Assembly (NCBI GenBank): GCA_046076065.1
Contig: JBJTRH010000356.1
Span: 1-46,018, forward strand
Direction: 5' to 3'
DNA: 46,018 nucleotides
DNA from: Planctomycetaceae bacterium
GTDB taxonomy: Bacteria > Planctomycetota > Planctomycetia > Pirellulales > UBA1268
The position numbers and the translations under genes are program-made. Under the pieces are notes generated by a model. That model searched no databases and was not told the origin of the DNA. It worked only from the letters and a program-made list of their open reading frames with translations. Positions 34,864 through 43,605 of this stretch are shown in pieces. Position 1 is the first letter of the stretch. Each line of letters starts with the position of its first letter.

Positions 34864-35835
34864 TCACACTACGAACATGTCTTCCTTGGTCCATTTCGGT
34901 GCCGCGATCTTGGCGGCCACCGCATGAGCGAGATACGAGAGCTGGCCGGTGCCCGTCTGGTGATCCTTCGGGATCACACCGGCGACCTTCTGCGTCTTGA
35001 ACACGGTGCCCGGCATGAGGTCGTAGAACGGATACTCGGGCTCGGTGCAGCCGGTGCAGGGCATGCCGGCCCGCGTCTTCGACGACTGCCGGTTCCAGAG
35101 GATCCGGTTGCAGGGCGACCGCGTCATCGGGCCGCGGCAGCCGAACTCGTAGAACAGGCAGCCGGTCCGCGTGCCCTGGCCGAACTCGTGGGTGTGCTGC
35201 TTGTACTCGTAGAACTGCACCCGCGTGCAGCCGGTCTGCGTGAAGGTCTTGAAGAAGGTCTGCGGCCGCTGGAGATCGTCGAGGGCCACGTCCTTGAGCC
35301 GGCCGCTGGCGATCGCCACGAGGATCTGCGTGACCCAGTCGGGATGGGCCGGGCAGCCGGGGATGTTGACGACCGGCAGCCCGAGCTTCGAGCGGAAGGT
35401 CGCGCCGAGGTAGCCCCCCTTGTTGCGCTTGAGGTACTGCAGGCCGATCGAGTCGGAGGGATTCGGCGCCGTAGCGGGGATGCCGCCCCAGCAGGCGCAG
35501 TCGCCGAGGGCCACCACGGCGCCCGCGACCGACGCCAGCTCGGTCACCCAATCCTTCATGGGGCGGTCAGCGAACATGTTCCAGCGGCCGGTGCCGTTGG
35601 GCGCCCGGATCACGGTGCCTTCGAACACGAAGATGTCGAGCGGCCGCTTGCCCGACACGAGTTCGGCCAGCATCGCCTTCACGGGCTCGCCCATCTCCAT
35701 GCCCAGCGACGGATGCCAGAGCACGTCGATGCCGAAGTCGGTGACGAGGTCGCAGGCGCTCGGCTCCTCGGCGTTGAGGAACGACATCGTGTTGCCGCTG
35801 CAGGCACCCCCCTGCAGCCAGAGAAGCGTGGCCAT
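34864..35835 (-). CDS. hupS: Group 2a [NiFe]-hydrogenase small subunit (HucS/cyanobacterial HupS type)
   Basis: LWLQGGACSGNTMSFLNAEEP (Asn at the second proximal ligand), PGCPAHPDW, QTGC (Gln distal ligand), GCRGPMT..CNRILWNRQSSKTRAGMPC. No Tat signal. Confidence 0.93.
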   Translation of the reverse strand: MATLLWLQGGACSGNTMSFLNAEEPSACDLVTDFGIDVLWHPSLGMEMGEPVKAMLAELVSGKRPLDIFVFEGTVIRAPNGTGRWNMFADRPMKDWVTELASVAGAVVALGDCACWGGIPATAPNPSDSIGLQYLKRNKGGYLGATFRSKLGLPVVNIPGCPAHPDWVTQILVAIASGRLKDVALDDLQRPQTFFKTFTQTGCTRVQFYEYKQHTHEFGQGTRTGCLFYEFGCRGPMTRSPCNRILWNRQSSKTRAGMPCTGCTEPEYPFYDLMPGTVFKTQKVAGVIPKDHQTGTGQLSYLAHAVAAKIAAPKWTKEDMFVV

Positions 35836-35918
35836 GATCGACCTCCTTCACGAGGACCCGGTCCAGGACCAACCGGTGCGATGCCCAAGCGTGTCGCCCA
35901 CCCCTGCGACACCGGTGA

Positions 35919-35967
35919 AGTGTACGCCGTCGGCGCATGCCGAGGGAAGCCACGGGCGGCGTATGAT
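35919..35967. promoter_or_regulatory. Putative divergent promoters: TACACT (- strand, 35919-35924) for hupSL and TATGAT (+ strand, 35962-35967) for hypAB
   Basis: Two back-to-back TAnnnT hexamers in the 215-bp intergenic region. Confidence 0.5.
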
Positions 35968-36050
35968 GTTGACGACTTCGCGAGGAAGCATCAGGACTTT
36001 TTCGCACCTCGCGTGGTGAAAAATCGACGCCGCATCGAAGGCCTCCTGCC

Positions 36051-36425
36051 GTGCACGAACTGTCGATCGCCAACCGGATCGTGGAACTCGTCGCCGAGCA
36101 TGTCGGTGCTGCCGGCGCGGAACGGGCGACGGCCGTCACCCTCCGCATCGGCGAGCTGGCGTGTGTCCATGAAGACGCCCTGCGATTCAGCTTCAACCTC
36201 GTTCGCGAGGGGACACCCGTGGCCGACGCCGAGTTGCGGATCGTGACGGTGCCGGTCACGATCTGGTGCCCGGCCTGCGAGCGGGAAGTCACCCTGCCAG
36301 GGATTCAGCGGTTCGCCTGCCCCGCGTGCGGAACGCCGAGCGGCGACATCCGTGCCGGTCGGGAACTCGACCTCGAATCGATCGAGCTGTCCGGCGGCAC
36401 CTGCACGAACGAGAGAGCCCCATGA
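36051..36425 (+). CDS. hypA: Hydrogenase nickel metallochaperone HypA
   Basis: MHELSIA, CPAC, CPACG, GRELDLESIE. GTG start. Confidence 0.95.
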   Translation: MHELSIANRIVELVAEHVGAAGAERATAVTLRIGELACVHEDALRFSFNLVREGTPVADAELRIVTVPVTIWCPACEREVTLPGIQRFACPACGTPSGDIRAGRELDLESIELSGGTCTNERAP

Positions 36426-37093
36426 TCGAGCCCCGAATCCTCGAGGTCCGCACCAAGATCCTGAAGAAGAACGACGAACTGGCCCGTGAGCTCCGAGCGA
36501 GGTTCAGGCGGGCCGGCGTGCTCGTGGTCAACATGGTCTCGAGCCCCGGCACCGGCAAGACGGCCTTCCTCCGGGAGACGCTCGCCCGCCTCCTCGCCCG
36601 CGGCGAGCCCTGCGCCGCGATCGTGGGAGACCTCGAGACCGACAACGACGCCCGGCGGCTCGCCGAGAGCGGCGCTCCCGTCCGCCAGATCATGACCCAC
36701 GGCCTCTGCCACCTCGAGGCCGACATGGTCGAGAAGCACCTCGAGGGCTGGGATCTTGCGGCGATTCGCTACCTATTCATCGAAAACGTCGGCAACCTCG
36801 TCTGCCCCACGAGTTGGGACCTCGGCGAATCGGTGCGGCTGGCGCTGCTCTCCGTGACCGAGGGAGAGGACAAGCCGTTGAAATACCCGGGGCTCTTCAA
36901 CACCGCCGACGCGGCGGCGATCACGAAGATCGATCTTGCCGCGGTATGCGAGTTCGACCGTGCGAAGGCCGTGGCCAACATCGAGGCCGTGCGGCCGGGG
37001 ATGCGGATCTTCGACGTGTCGGCGAAGACCGGCGTCGGCCTCGACGAGTGGCTGGAGTGGCTCGCCGAGCGACGCGCCGCCGCCGTACGCTGA
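36422..37093 (+). CDS. hypB: Hydrogenase nickel-incorporation GTPase HypB
   Basis: SSPGTGKT, GDLET, CHLEA, ENVGNLVCP, EGEDKPLKYP, TKID, VSAKTG. ATG 36422 coupled to hypA. Confidence 0.96.
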   Translation: MIEPRILEVRTKILKKNDELARELRARFRRAGVLVVNMVSSPGTGKTAFLRETLARLLARGEPCAAIVGDLETDNDARRLAESGAPVRQIMTHGLCHLEADMVEKHLEGWDLAAIRYLFIENVGNLVCPTSWDLGESVRLALLSVTEGEDKPLKYPGLFNTADAAAITKIDLAAVCEFDRAKAVANIEAVRPGMRIFDVSAKTGVGLDEWLEWLAERRAAAVR

Positions 37094-37096
37094 CGG

Positions 37097-40000
37097 TCAG
37101 TCGCGGCGGTGACGACGGCGGCGAATGAGCAGGGCCATCGCCGCACCGGACAGGATTGCGTAGGTCGTCGGCTCCGGCACCGCCACGAGGGCGATGAAGT
37201 TGCCGAGGTAGGCGTAGTCGACCGCGTAGCCGGTCGGCAGGTTTGTAACCGAGCCGAACGTCCCGCTCAGCGACCCGTAGCTGGCGAACACATAGGCCGG
37301 ATCGTCGAGCGTGCCCAGCGTCGAGAAGTCGACCGTTGAGGTCGGTGACGTCAGGTCGAACAGGCCAGCCACGTTGAAGATGTCGGTGAGCCCTGCGTTC
37401 GTCCCGTCCACCTGGATGGCGAGCGTGCCCGCGAGCGTGCTCCCGCCCCCGACCGAGAACGTGCCGATGCTGCCCACGCCCGGAGCCATGGTGGCGCCAG
37501 CACTGACGCTCAGGCTCGAGGCGAGCGAGCCCGTGCCGGTCAGCGTGCCGGCGGCGACCTGCGTCATGCCGGTGAACGTGCTGGCGGCATTGAGGGCGAG
37601 GCTGCCGAGGCCATTCTTGATGAATGTCTGCGTGCCGGTGTTGCCGGCCGAGGCGATTATGCCGCCGTAGGTCGCCGCCACGCCCGAGTCGACCGTGATC
37701 GTGCCCGTGCCACCGGTCGCACCGTCTGTCGGTCCGAGGCCGATGCCCCGCTTGGGATCGAGCACGAACGTGCTGCTCGTCGTGAGCTGGAGAGCCCCGC
37801 CGTTGAGCAACAAACTGTTGGTGAAGGCCGAGATCGGAGCCTGCGGCGAGCCGGGGCTCCCGGCCGTGCCGGTAAGCGAGCCGATCTGACCGAGCTTCGA
37901 GTCGGAAGAGATCCGGAACACGCCCCCTTCGACCACCGTGCCGCCCGAGTAGTTGACGACCGCACCCGTCGGCTCGAAGGTGCCGGAGCCGATCTTGCGG
38001 AGGGCGAATACGTTCTGGGTGCTCCCCGTACTCACGATCGGGGCTCCAAGGTTCCCGGAATAGACGTTGTCCGTACCTGCTGGGATGTTGAGCGTGAGTT
38101 GGCTGATGTTGGAGCCCTGGTTCTGCACCCAGGCCGTGCCGCTGCCGATCGCGTAGAGGCCGGCGATCTCCATGCGGGCCGGCCCGTTGGTACTGCCGTT
38201 GCCGTCGCCCATCGTGAGCGTGGCATTCGTCGCCGTGGTGAGGCTGCCGAGCCGCACGACCGTGGTCGCGGGCAGACTCCCCCCGCGGGCGATGTTGAGC
38301 ACGCCCGAGCGGATCAGCGTCTCGCCGGTGTAGGTGTTGGCGTTGCCCAACGACTGCGTGTTCGTCGACAACTTGTCGACCACGAGGTTGAGATTGCCGG
38401 TGATCGTGCCGAAGAACGGCTGTGAGGCGGCACCGCCGGCACCCGAGAGGATCAGATCAACGGTCGTGCTGCCGGAGTTGGTCACCACGCCACCCACCGG
38501 CATGTAGCCCGCCGCAGCACCGCTCACCTGCCAGTCGGGGCCGATGTCGGAGAAGCGGTTCGTGGAACCCGTGGCCGTGATGCCGTTGAGGTCGAACGTC
38601 GCGCCGCCCGCGACTTGGAGCCGCGGGGTATTGGACCACGAGGCACCGCTGTCGAGCTTGACCGTGCCCTGATTCACGTAGACGAACGAACTGCTCACGA
38701 TCGTGGAGGCGATCGTGGTGGTGCCCGTGCCGTTGAAGGCGATGCCGCCGAAGAACGTGCCCGACAGGGCCGACTGGCCGAGCGTCTGGGCGCCTTCGAG
38801 GCGGATGTTGCCGGGGCCGTTGTAGACGATCCACCCGGGGCGGCTCGGCGTATTGGTGCCCGTGTTGGTCACCGGCGTCTGGATCGTGACGCCGGCGGTG
38901 TTGATCGAGTGGATCACGACGTCTTCACCATTCGTGCCTGCCACGCCGGTGATGCCGCCGCCGGTGAGCACGATCGGGTTGGCTCCGCTGAACAGCAGCC
39001 CGTTGGCGGCGTAGAGCCCGGTGCCGGCGTTGGTGACCGTCCGCGAGGCACCGCTCGAGTTGGCGATCTGGAGCGTGTTGCTCGAGTGCCCCGTGATTGC
39101 CTCGTCGGCGGCGAGCGTGAGCCGGATGTTGTCATTCACGGACGCGGTGTCATAGGCCGCTCCGGTCGCGACGGCCGTCTGCTCGGTCGAGGGGTTAAGA
39201 AGTCGGACGCCCGTCGACGCCTGGTACGTCGCGAAGCCGGCGCCGTTCCCGCTGGCCGACGTGTCGGCCAGAGCACCCTTCAGCACGGGGGCCTGGGGCG
39301 TGCCCAGGGCCGCGCCGGTACCACTGACGGCATTCAGGTAGCCCGCCGTCCCGGTCGTGGGGGCCGTCGTGAACACGATCGAGGCATTCCCCGCAACGCC
39401 CGTGCCCGAGCCGAGATTCGTGCCGCGATAGAGCATCGTGGCTCCGTTGAGGTTCGGGGTCGTGCTGCTCGCGACCACGAAATTGCGGTTGCGGACCGAG
39501 CCGAACGTGAGCGTGGCCGGCTGGGCCGGATCGGCCTCGACCGTAAACGTGTCGAGCCCGCTGCTGCGGCTCGTCTGGTTTGCATCGACCGCGGTCGTGT
39601 TTGGCGCGATCACGCCGAAGAGCAGCGGGCCCGAGTAGGTCTGAGCGCGTGGGGCAGCAACGCCAACACCCGAGATGGCGAACTCACCGTTCTTGATGCC
39701 GAAGGCGGCGTTGGTGTTGGTCGTGTACACGCCGCCGACGAGCGAGCCCATCTGGCCGGTCGTGCCGAGCGACAGCTTGCCGCCGTTCACGCCCACGAGG
39801 ACCGTGTTGGCGACGAACGCGTCCATCTGGTTGGTGCCGGTGAGGTACTGGGTGCCCGGTCCATCCTTGAAGAAGCGCACGGCGTTCGACGCCGTGGTTC
39901 CGGTGGCCCCGATGTTGCCGGCGAACGTGAACACGTCCGACGCCTGGCCGTAGGACCCGATCTCGATGGCCTCGGAGTTGGTGCCGGTGGTGTTGACGAT

Positions 40001-41041
40001 CGAGGCGTTGGGGCTCGTGCTCTCGAGCCCGCGGATCACGGGCCGGGTCGCCGAGTTGACGATGTCGATCCGGGCCACGTTCGTGCCGGTGCCGAGGATA
40101 ACCTTGTTCTTCAGGGGCAGGGCGCTGAGGTTGTTGTTGAGCGAGCCGCCAGCGAGGGGTTGAAAGACACCCTGCTGCAGCGTGAGGTCGCCGCTGAACC
40201 GCGTCCAGTCGAGGCCAAAACCAAAGCGAACCGCACCCGGCGCGTAGACCGTGCCGGTGGTGATCACGATCGGCGGTTGGACGGGATTCTGGTTGTTGAT
40301 CACGAGGCCCTGCGTGCCCTCGATGAGGAGTTTGCCGCTGGAGTTACCGGGCGTGGCCCCGGTCAGCGTGTCTTCGCTGAAGGACAGGCTGTTGCCGCCA
40401 AACACGGTGACCGTGGGCGTGCCGACAGCCGAGGCGAACGTCAGACTGGACACCGGACCGGCGTTGCGGCTGGTCGCGAGCAGGGACAGGCCCGTTTGCG
40501 TGAAGGGAAACGTGGTCGTGCCCGACACGTTGGTGATCGAACTCACGACACTCGTGTCGACCGTCAGCGAGCCGAGCGTGACGTTGCGATCGATCGCGAC
40601 GGCCCACGTCGACGTATTCGTCGCGATTACCGCGGTGGAGCCCACGCCATTGGGCGCGCCGCCCACCCAGTTGGCCGACGTGTACCACGTGGGCACCTTG
40701 ATCGCGGGAACGGGATTGTTCGCCGCGGTACTCGGCGTGAACGTGGTGGCCCCTGGCGACTGCGAGAATCGCGAGAAGGTGCCCGACGTCGCCCCGTCGC
40801 CGACGACGTAGTAGTAGTTGTTGGCCGAGCCCATGTTGGCACCGCCCCATGTGCCGGTGATCCGCACCAGGTCGCCATCGCGAAGGGGCTGCGAGGTCGT
40901 CCAGTTCGAGCCGGTGCCGAGGATAGAGACGAGCACGCCCTGATCGGCGGGGTTGCTCGTCCACGTGGAGGCGGCCCTGACCGGCAACGCGGTCGCGCCC
41001 AGCGCGGCGACGAGCAACACGAGACGCAGGTGGCACTTCAT
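37097..41041 (-). CDS. Large PEP-CTERM surface protein with autotransporter-associated beta-strand repeats
   Basis: Signal peptide; repeats such as KDGPGTQYLTGTN, NTYTGETLIRSGVL, KIGSGT..NYSGGTVVEGG, KNGLGSL.LNAASTFTGMTQVAAGTL; C-terminal VPEPTTYAILSGAAMALLIRRRRHRR. GGAGG RBS. Confidence 0.9.
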   Translation of the reverse strand: MKCHLRLVLLVAALGATALPVRAASTWTSNPADQGVLVSILGTGSNWTTSQPLRDGDLVRITGTWGGANMGSANNYYYVVGDGATSGTFSRFSQSPGATTFTPSTAANNPVPAIKVPTWYTSANWVGGAPNGVGSTAVIATNTSTWAVAIDRNVTLGSLTVDTSVVSSITNVSGTTTFPFTQTGLSLLATSRNAGPVSSLTFASAVGTPTVTVFGGNSLSFSEDTLTGATPGNSSGKLLIEGTQGLVINNQNPVQPPIVITTGTVYAPGAVRFGFGLDWTRFSGDLTLQQGVFQPLAGGSLNNNLSALPLKNKVILGTGTNVARIDIVNSATRPVIRGLESTSPNASIVNTTGTNSEAIEIGSYGQASDVFTFAGNIGATGTTASNAVRFFKDGPGTQYLTGTNQMDAFVANTVLVGVNGGKLSLGTTGQMGSLVGGVYTTNTNAAFGIKNGEFAISGVGVAAPRAQTYSGPLLFGVIAPNTTAVDANQTSRSSGLDTFTVEADPAQPATLTFGSVRNRNFVVASSTTPNLNGATMLYRGTNLGSGTGVAGNASIVFTTAPTTGTAGYLNAVSGTGAALGTPQAPVLKGALADTSASGNGAGFATYQASTGVRLLNPSTEQTAVATGAAYDTASVNDNIRLTLAADEAITGHSSNTLQIANSSGASRTVTNAGTGLYAANGLLFSGANPIVLTGGGITGVAGTNGEDVVIHSINTAGVTIQTPVTNTGTNTPSRPGWIVYNGPGNIRLEGAQTLGQSALSGTFFGGIAFNGTGTTTIASTIVSSSFVYVNQGTVKLDSGASWSNTPRLQVAGGATFDLNGITATGSTNRFSDIGPDWQVSGAAAGYMPVGGVVTNSGSTTVDLILSGAGGAASQPFFGTITGNLNLVVDKLSTNTQSLGNANTYTGETLIRSGVLNIARGGSLPATTVVRLGSLTTATNATLTMGDGNGSTNGPARMEIAGLYAIGSGTAWVQNQGSNISQLTLNIPAGTDNVYSGNLGAPIVSTGSTQNVFALRKIGSGTFEPTGAVVNYSGGTVVEGGVFRISSDSKLGQIGSLTGTAGSPGSPQAPISAFTNSLLLNGGALQLTTSSTFVLDPKRGIGLGPTDGATGGTGTITVDSGVAATYGGIIASAGNTGTQTFIKNGLGSLALNAASTFTGMTQVAAGTLTGTGSLASSLSVSAGATMAPGVGSIGTFSVGGGSTLAGTLAIQVDGTNAGLTDIFNVAGLFDLTSPTSTVDFSTLGTLDDPAYVFASYGSLSGTFGSVTNLPTGYAVDYAYLGNFIALVAVPEPTTYAILSGAAMALLIRRRRHRRD

Positions 41042-41224
41042 GGCAACGATCCTCCGGGCGAAATCCTGGCGGCCAAAACGGCTGACGAACGCGACTGCCG
41101 CAACGGGCGGAGCAACCTTCCCCCGACACCACTTCGCGTTCTCTCACAGCCGATGCAGACCGTCAACGCTCGCGGAGCCGCGGTTTCGTCCCTTTTCTGC
41201 CCGATTCGTCCCAGCGACGCGCAA

Positions 41225-43564
41225 CTACTGGCAACTCACCTCGCGGCGGGCGATCGCGGCCTGGCCAAGCGCGAGTCCGCCGTCGTTGGCGGGCACCGTC
41301 CGATGCACGAGCACGTCGAATCCCTCGTCGCGAAGCAGGAGCGCCGTCCGCTCCGCGAGGATCGCGTTCTGAAACACGCCGCCCGTGAGTCCCACCGTGC
41401 CAAAGCTTCCCCGTTCGCGGAGGAGGCGGCACGCGGCGACCGTGAGCTGTGCGATCGCTACGTGGAAGCCAAGCGCGATCAACGCCGCCGGCACGGCCGC
41501 CGCGACATCCGCCACGACGCCGCGCACGATCGGCCGCCAGTCGAGCGCGACGGAGCCGTCGGCCGTCTTCACGGCCTGCCCTGCGTAGTGTCGTCGCGAT
41601 CCGGCTGCGGCGGCAGCCGACTCGAGATCGATGGCTGCCTCGGCCTCGTAGGCGATCGAGTGACGCAGCCCCAGCAGCGAGGCGATGGCGTCGAAGAGCC
41701 GGCCCATGCTCGTCGTGGTCACGCAGCCGAAGCCTCCGGCAAGTTGGTGGACGACCACGGCGCGTTCCGGGGGTGGAGCCGCGGCGATGCATGGGAGGTC
41801 GCTCCGCGGCTCGATCCCCGCCGTCTGAAGCACCGCGAGGGCCGTCCGCCACGGGTGACGGATCGCGGCATCGCCGCCCGGCAGCAGGAAGGGGACGAGG
41901 TGGGCCGCTCGCACGAGCACGCCTTCCCGCGACACGAGCATTTCGCCACCCTGGATCGTGCCGTCGCGTCCGTAGCCGGTGCCGTCGAAGCAGACGCCGA
42001 TCGTGCCGTCGGCGGCCGACAACGCGATGCCATGCTCGGTGAGGAGCGCCGCGACGTGGGCCTCGTGGTGCTGCACCCTCACGAGCGGCAGGCCGCGGGC
42101 TGCCGCGAACTCGCGGGCCCACCGCGTCGACAGATGCCCGGGATGCAGGTCGGCCACCACGGCCGCCGGGGACACGGCGAGCAGGTCGATGAGCCGCGTG
42201 GCGGTGCGGTCGAGGGCCTCGAGCGTCTCCAGGTTCTCGACGTCGCCCACGTGCTGGCTCATCACCGCCTCGGTGCCACGGGTAACGCACAGCGCCGCCT
42301 TGAGCTCCCCACCCACGGCGAGCACCGGCGGTCCGTCGTCGGCAAGGCGGATCGGCAGGGGACAGTGGCCCCGGGATCGACGCACGGGCTGAGGCACGCC
42401 GACCACGCACCGCACCACGGAGTCGTCGCAGGCCACGTGGATGTCGCGGTCGTGCATCAGGAACGCATCGACCAGCACCGTCAGCCTGCGGATGGCCTCG
42501 CCAGTGCCGATCGCGATCGGCTCCTCGGAGAGATTGCCCGACGTCATCGCCAGCGGCGGCAGCCCAGCACAGAGCATGTGGTGGAGGGGCGACGAGGGCA
42601 GCATCACGCCGAGAATCTCGCTCCCCGGGGCGACCGCTCCGGCGACGGTCGGCTCGCCGAGCCTCCGCCGCACGAGCACGATCGGCCGCTCCGCCCGCTC
42701 GAGGAGCCGCCGTTCCTGTTCGCCGAACTCCGCGATTGCCCGCGCCGCCTCGATGTCGGCAACCATCACGGCCAGCGGCTTCCGGCCCCGTCGCTTGCGG
42801 TCGCGCAGCCGCTGCACCGCTGCCGCGTTCGTGGCATCGCACGCCAGATGAAACCCGCCCACGCCCTTGACGGCCACGATGCCGCCGCTGCGGATCGCGT
42901 CGCGGGCGGCGTCGATCGCGGCCCAGGCGAGGATGGTCGCCGTGCCGGCCTGCTCCGGCACGGCGCCGCCTGTGGTGGCGAACCACACGCTCGGTCCACA
43001 GCATGGACACGCGATCGTCTGCGAGTGAAATCGCCTCGATGCCGGATCGTGATACTCCGCCGCGCACGCGCTGCACATCGCGAAGGTTCGCATGGTGGTG
43101 GCCCCGCGGTCGTAGGGCAGCGACTCGATGATCGTGTAACGCGGGCCGCAGTCGGTGCACGAGATGAACGGGTGTCCGAATCGCCGGTCGGTCTGGTCGG
43201 TCATCTCCCGAAGGCAGGCATCGCACGGTGCCACGTCCGGAGGCACCAGCGCCGGCCGGCTCCCGCCGGCCCGGTCGCTGTCGAGGATCAGGAACGGGCC
43301 CGTCGGAGCGGCGACCGGTGGTGGGAGCATCTCCACGGCGACGCGATCGACGGCCGCGAGCGGCGGCGCCTCGGTGGCGAGTCGAGCGAGGAACGCCGCC
43401 ACCGCCTCGGCCGAGCCCTCGATCTCCGCGGTCACGCCGGCGGGGCCGTTCTCCACGTGGCCGCCGAGGCCGAGGCGGGTGGCCAGCCGCCAGACGAACG
43501 GCCGGTAGCCGACGCCCTGCACGATCCCGGTGATCCGCACCCTCCGCCGCTCGAGGCCGCTCAT
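41225..43564 (-). CDS. hypF: Carbamoyltransferase HypF
   Basis: Acylphosphatase GIVQGVGYRPFV, zinc fingers CDAC..CTDCGPRY and CSAC..CPCCGP, KGVGGFHLACDA, TSGN, QHHEAH, DGTGYG, TSMGRLFDA, NDGGLALGQ. Confidence 0.96.
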   Translation of the reverse strand: MSGLERRRVRITGIVQGVGYRPFVWRLATRLGLGGHVENGPAGVTAEIEGSAEAVAAFLARLATEAPPLAAVDRVAVEMLPPPVAAPTGPFLILDSDRAGGSRPALVPPDVAPCDACLREMTDQTDRRFGHPFISCTDCGPRYTIIESLPYDRGATTMRTFAMCSACAAEYHDPASRRFHSQTIACPCCGPSVWFATTGGAVPEQAGTATILAWAAIDAARDAIRSGGIVAVKGVGGFHLACDATNAAAVQRLRDRKRRGRKPLAVMVADIEAARAIAEFGEQERRLLERAERPIVLVRRRLGEPTVAGAVAPGSEILGVMLPSSPLHHMLCAGLPPLAMTSGNLSEEPIAIGTGEAIRRLTVLVDAFLMHDRDIHVACDDSVVRCVVGVPQPVRRSRGHCPLPIRLADDGPPVLAVGGELKAALCVTRGTEAVMSQHVGDVENLETLEALDRTATRLIDLLAVSPAAVVADLHPGHLSTRWAREFAAARGLPLVRVQHHEAHVAALLTEHGIALSAADGTIGVCFDGTGYGRDGTIQGGEMLVSREGVLVRAAHLVPFLLPGGDAAIRHPWRTALAVLQTAGIEPRSDLPCIAAAPPPERAVVVHQLAGGFGCVTTTSMGRLFDAIASLLGLRHSIAYEAEAAIDLESAAAAAGSRRHYAGQAVKTADGSVALDWRPIVRGVVADVAAAVPAALIALGFHVAIAQLTVAACRLLRERGSFGTVGLTGGVFQNAILAERTALLLRDEGFDVLVHRTVPANDGGLALGQAAIARREVSCQ

Positions 43565-43605
43565 GCCTCAATCGTATCCGGCCCGCGAGCCGTCGGACGC
43601 CCGCG

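Noticed and set aside
35961-35988. NikR operator (GTATGA half-site) upstream of hypA
   Set aside because: The second half-site TCATAC is absent at N16 spacing; the hexamer is better explained as part of a -10 box.
41042-41224. c-di-GMP-I riboswitch upstream of the large surface protein
   Set aside because: GGGCA..GGGACG fragments are present, but the intervening stem with GNRA loop and the receptor are missing.
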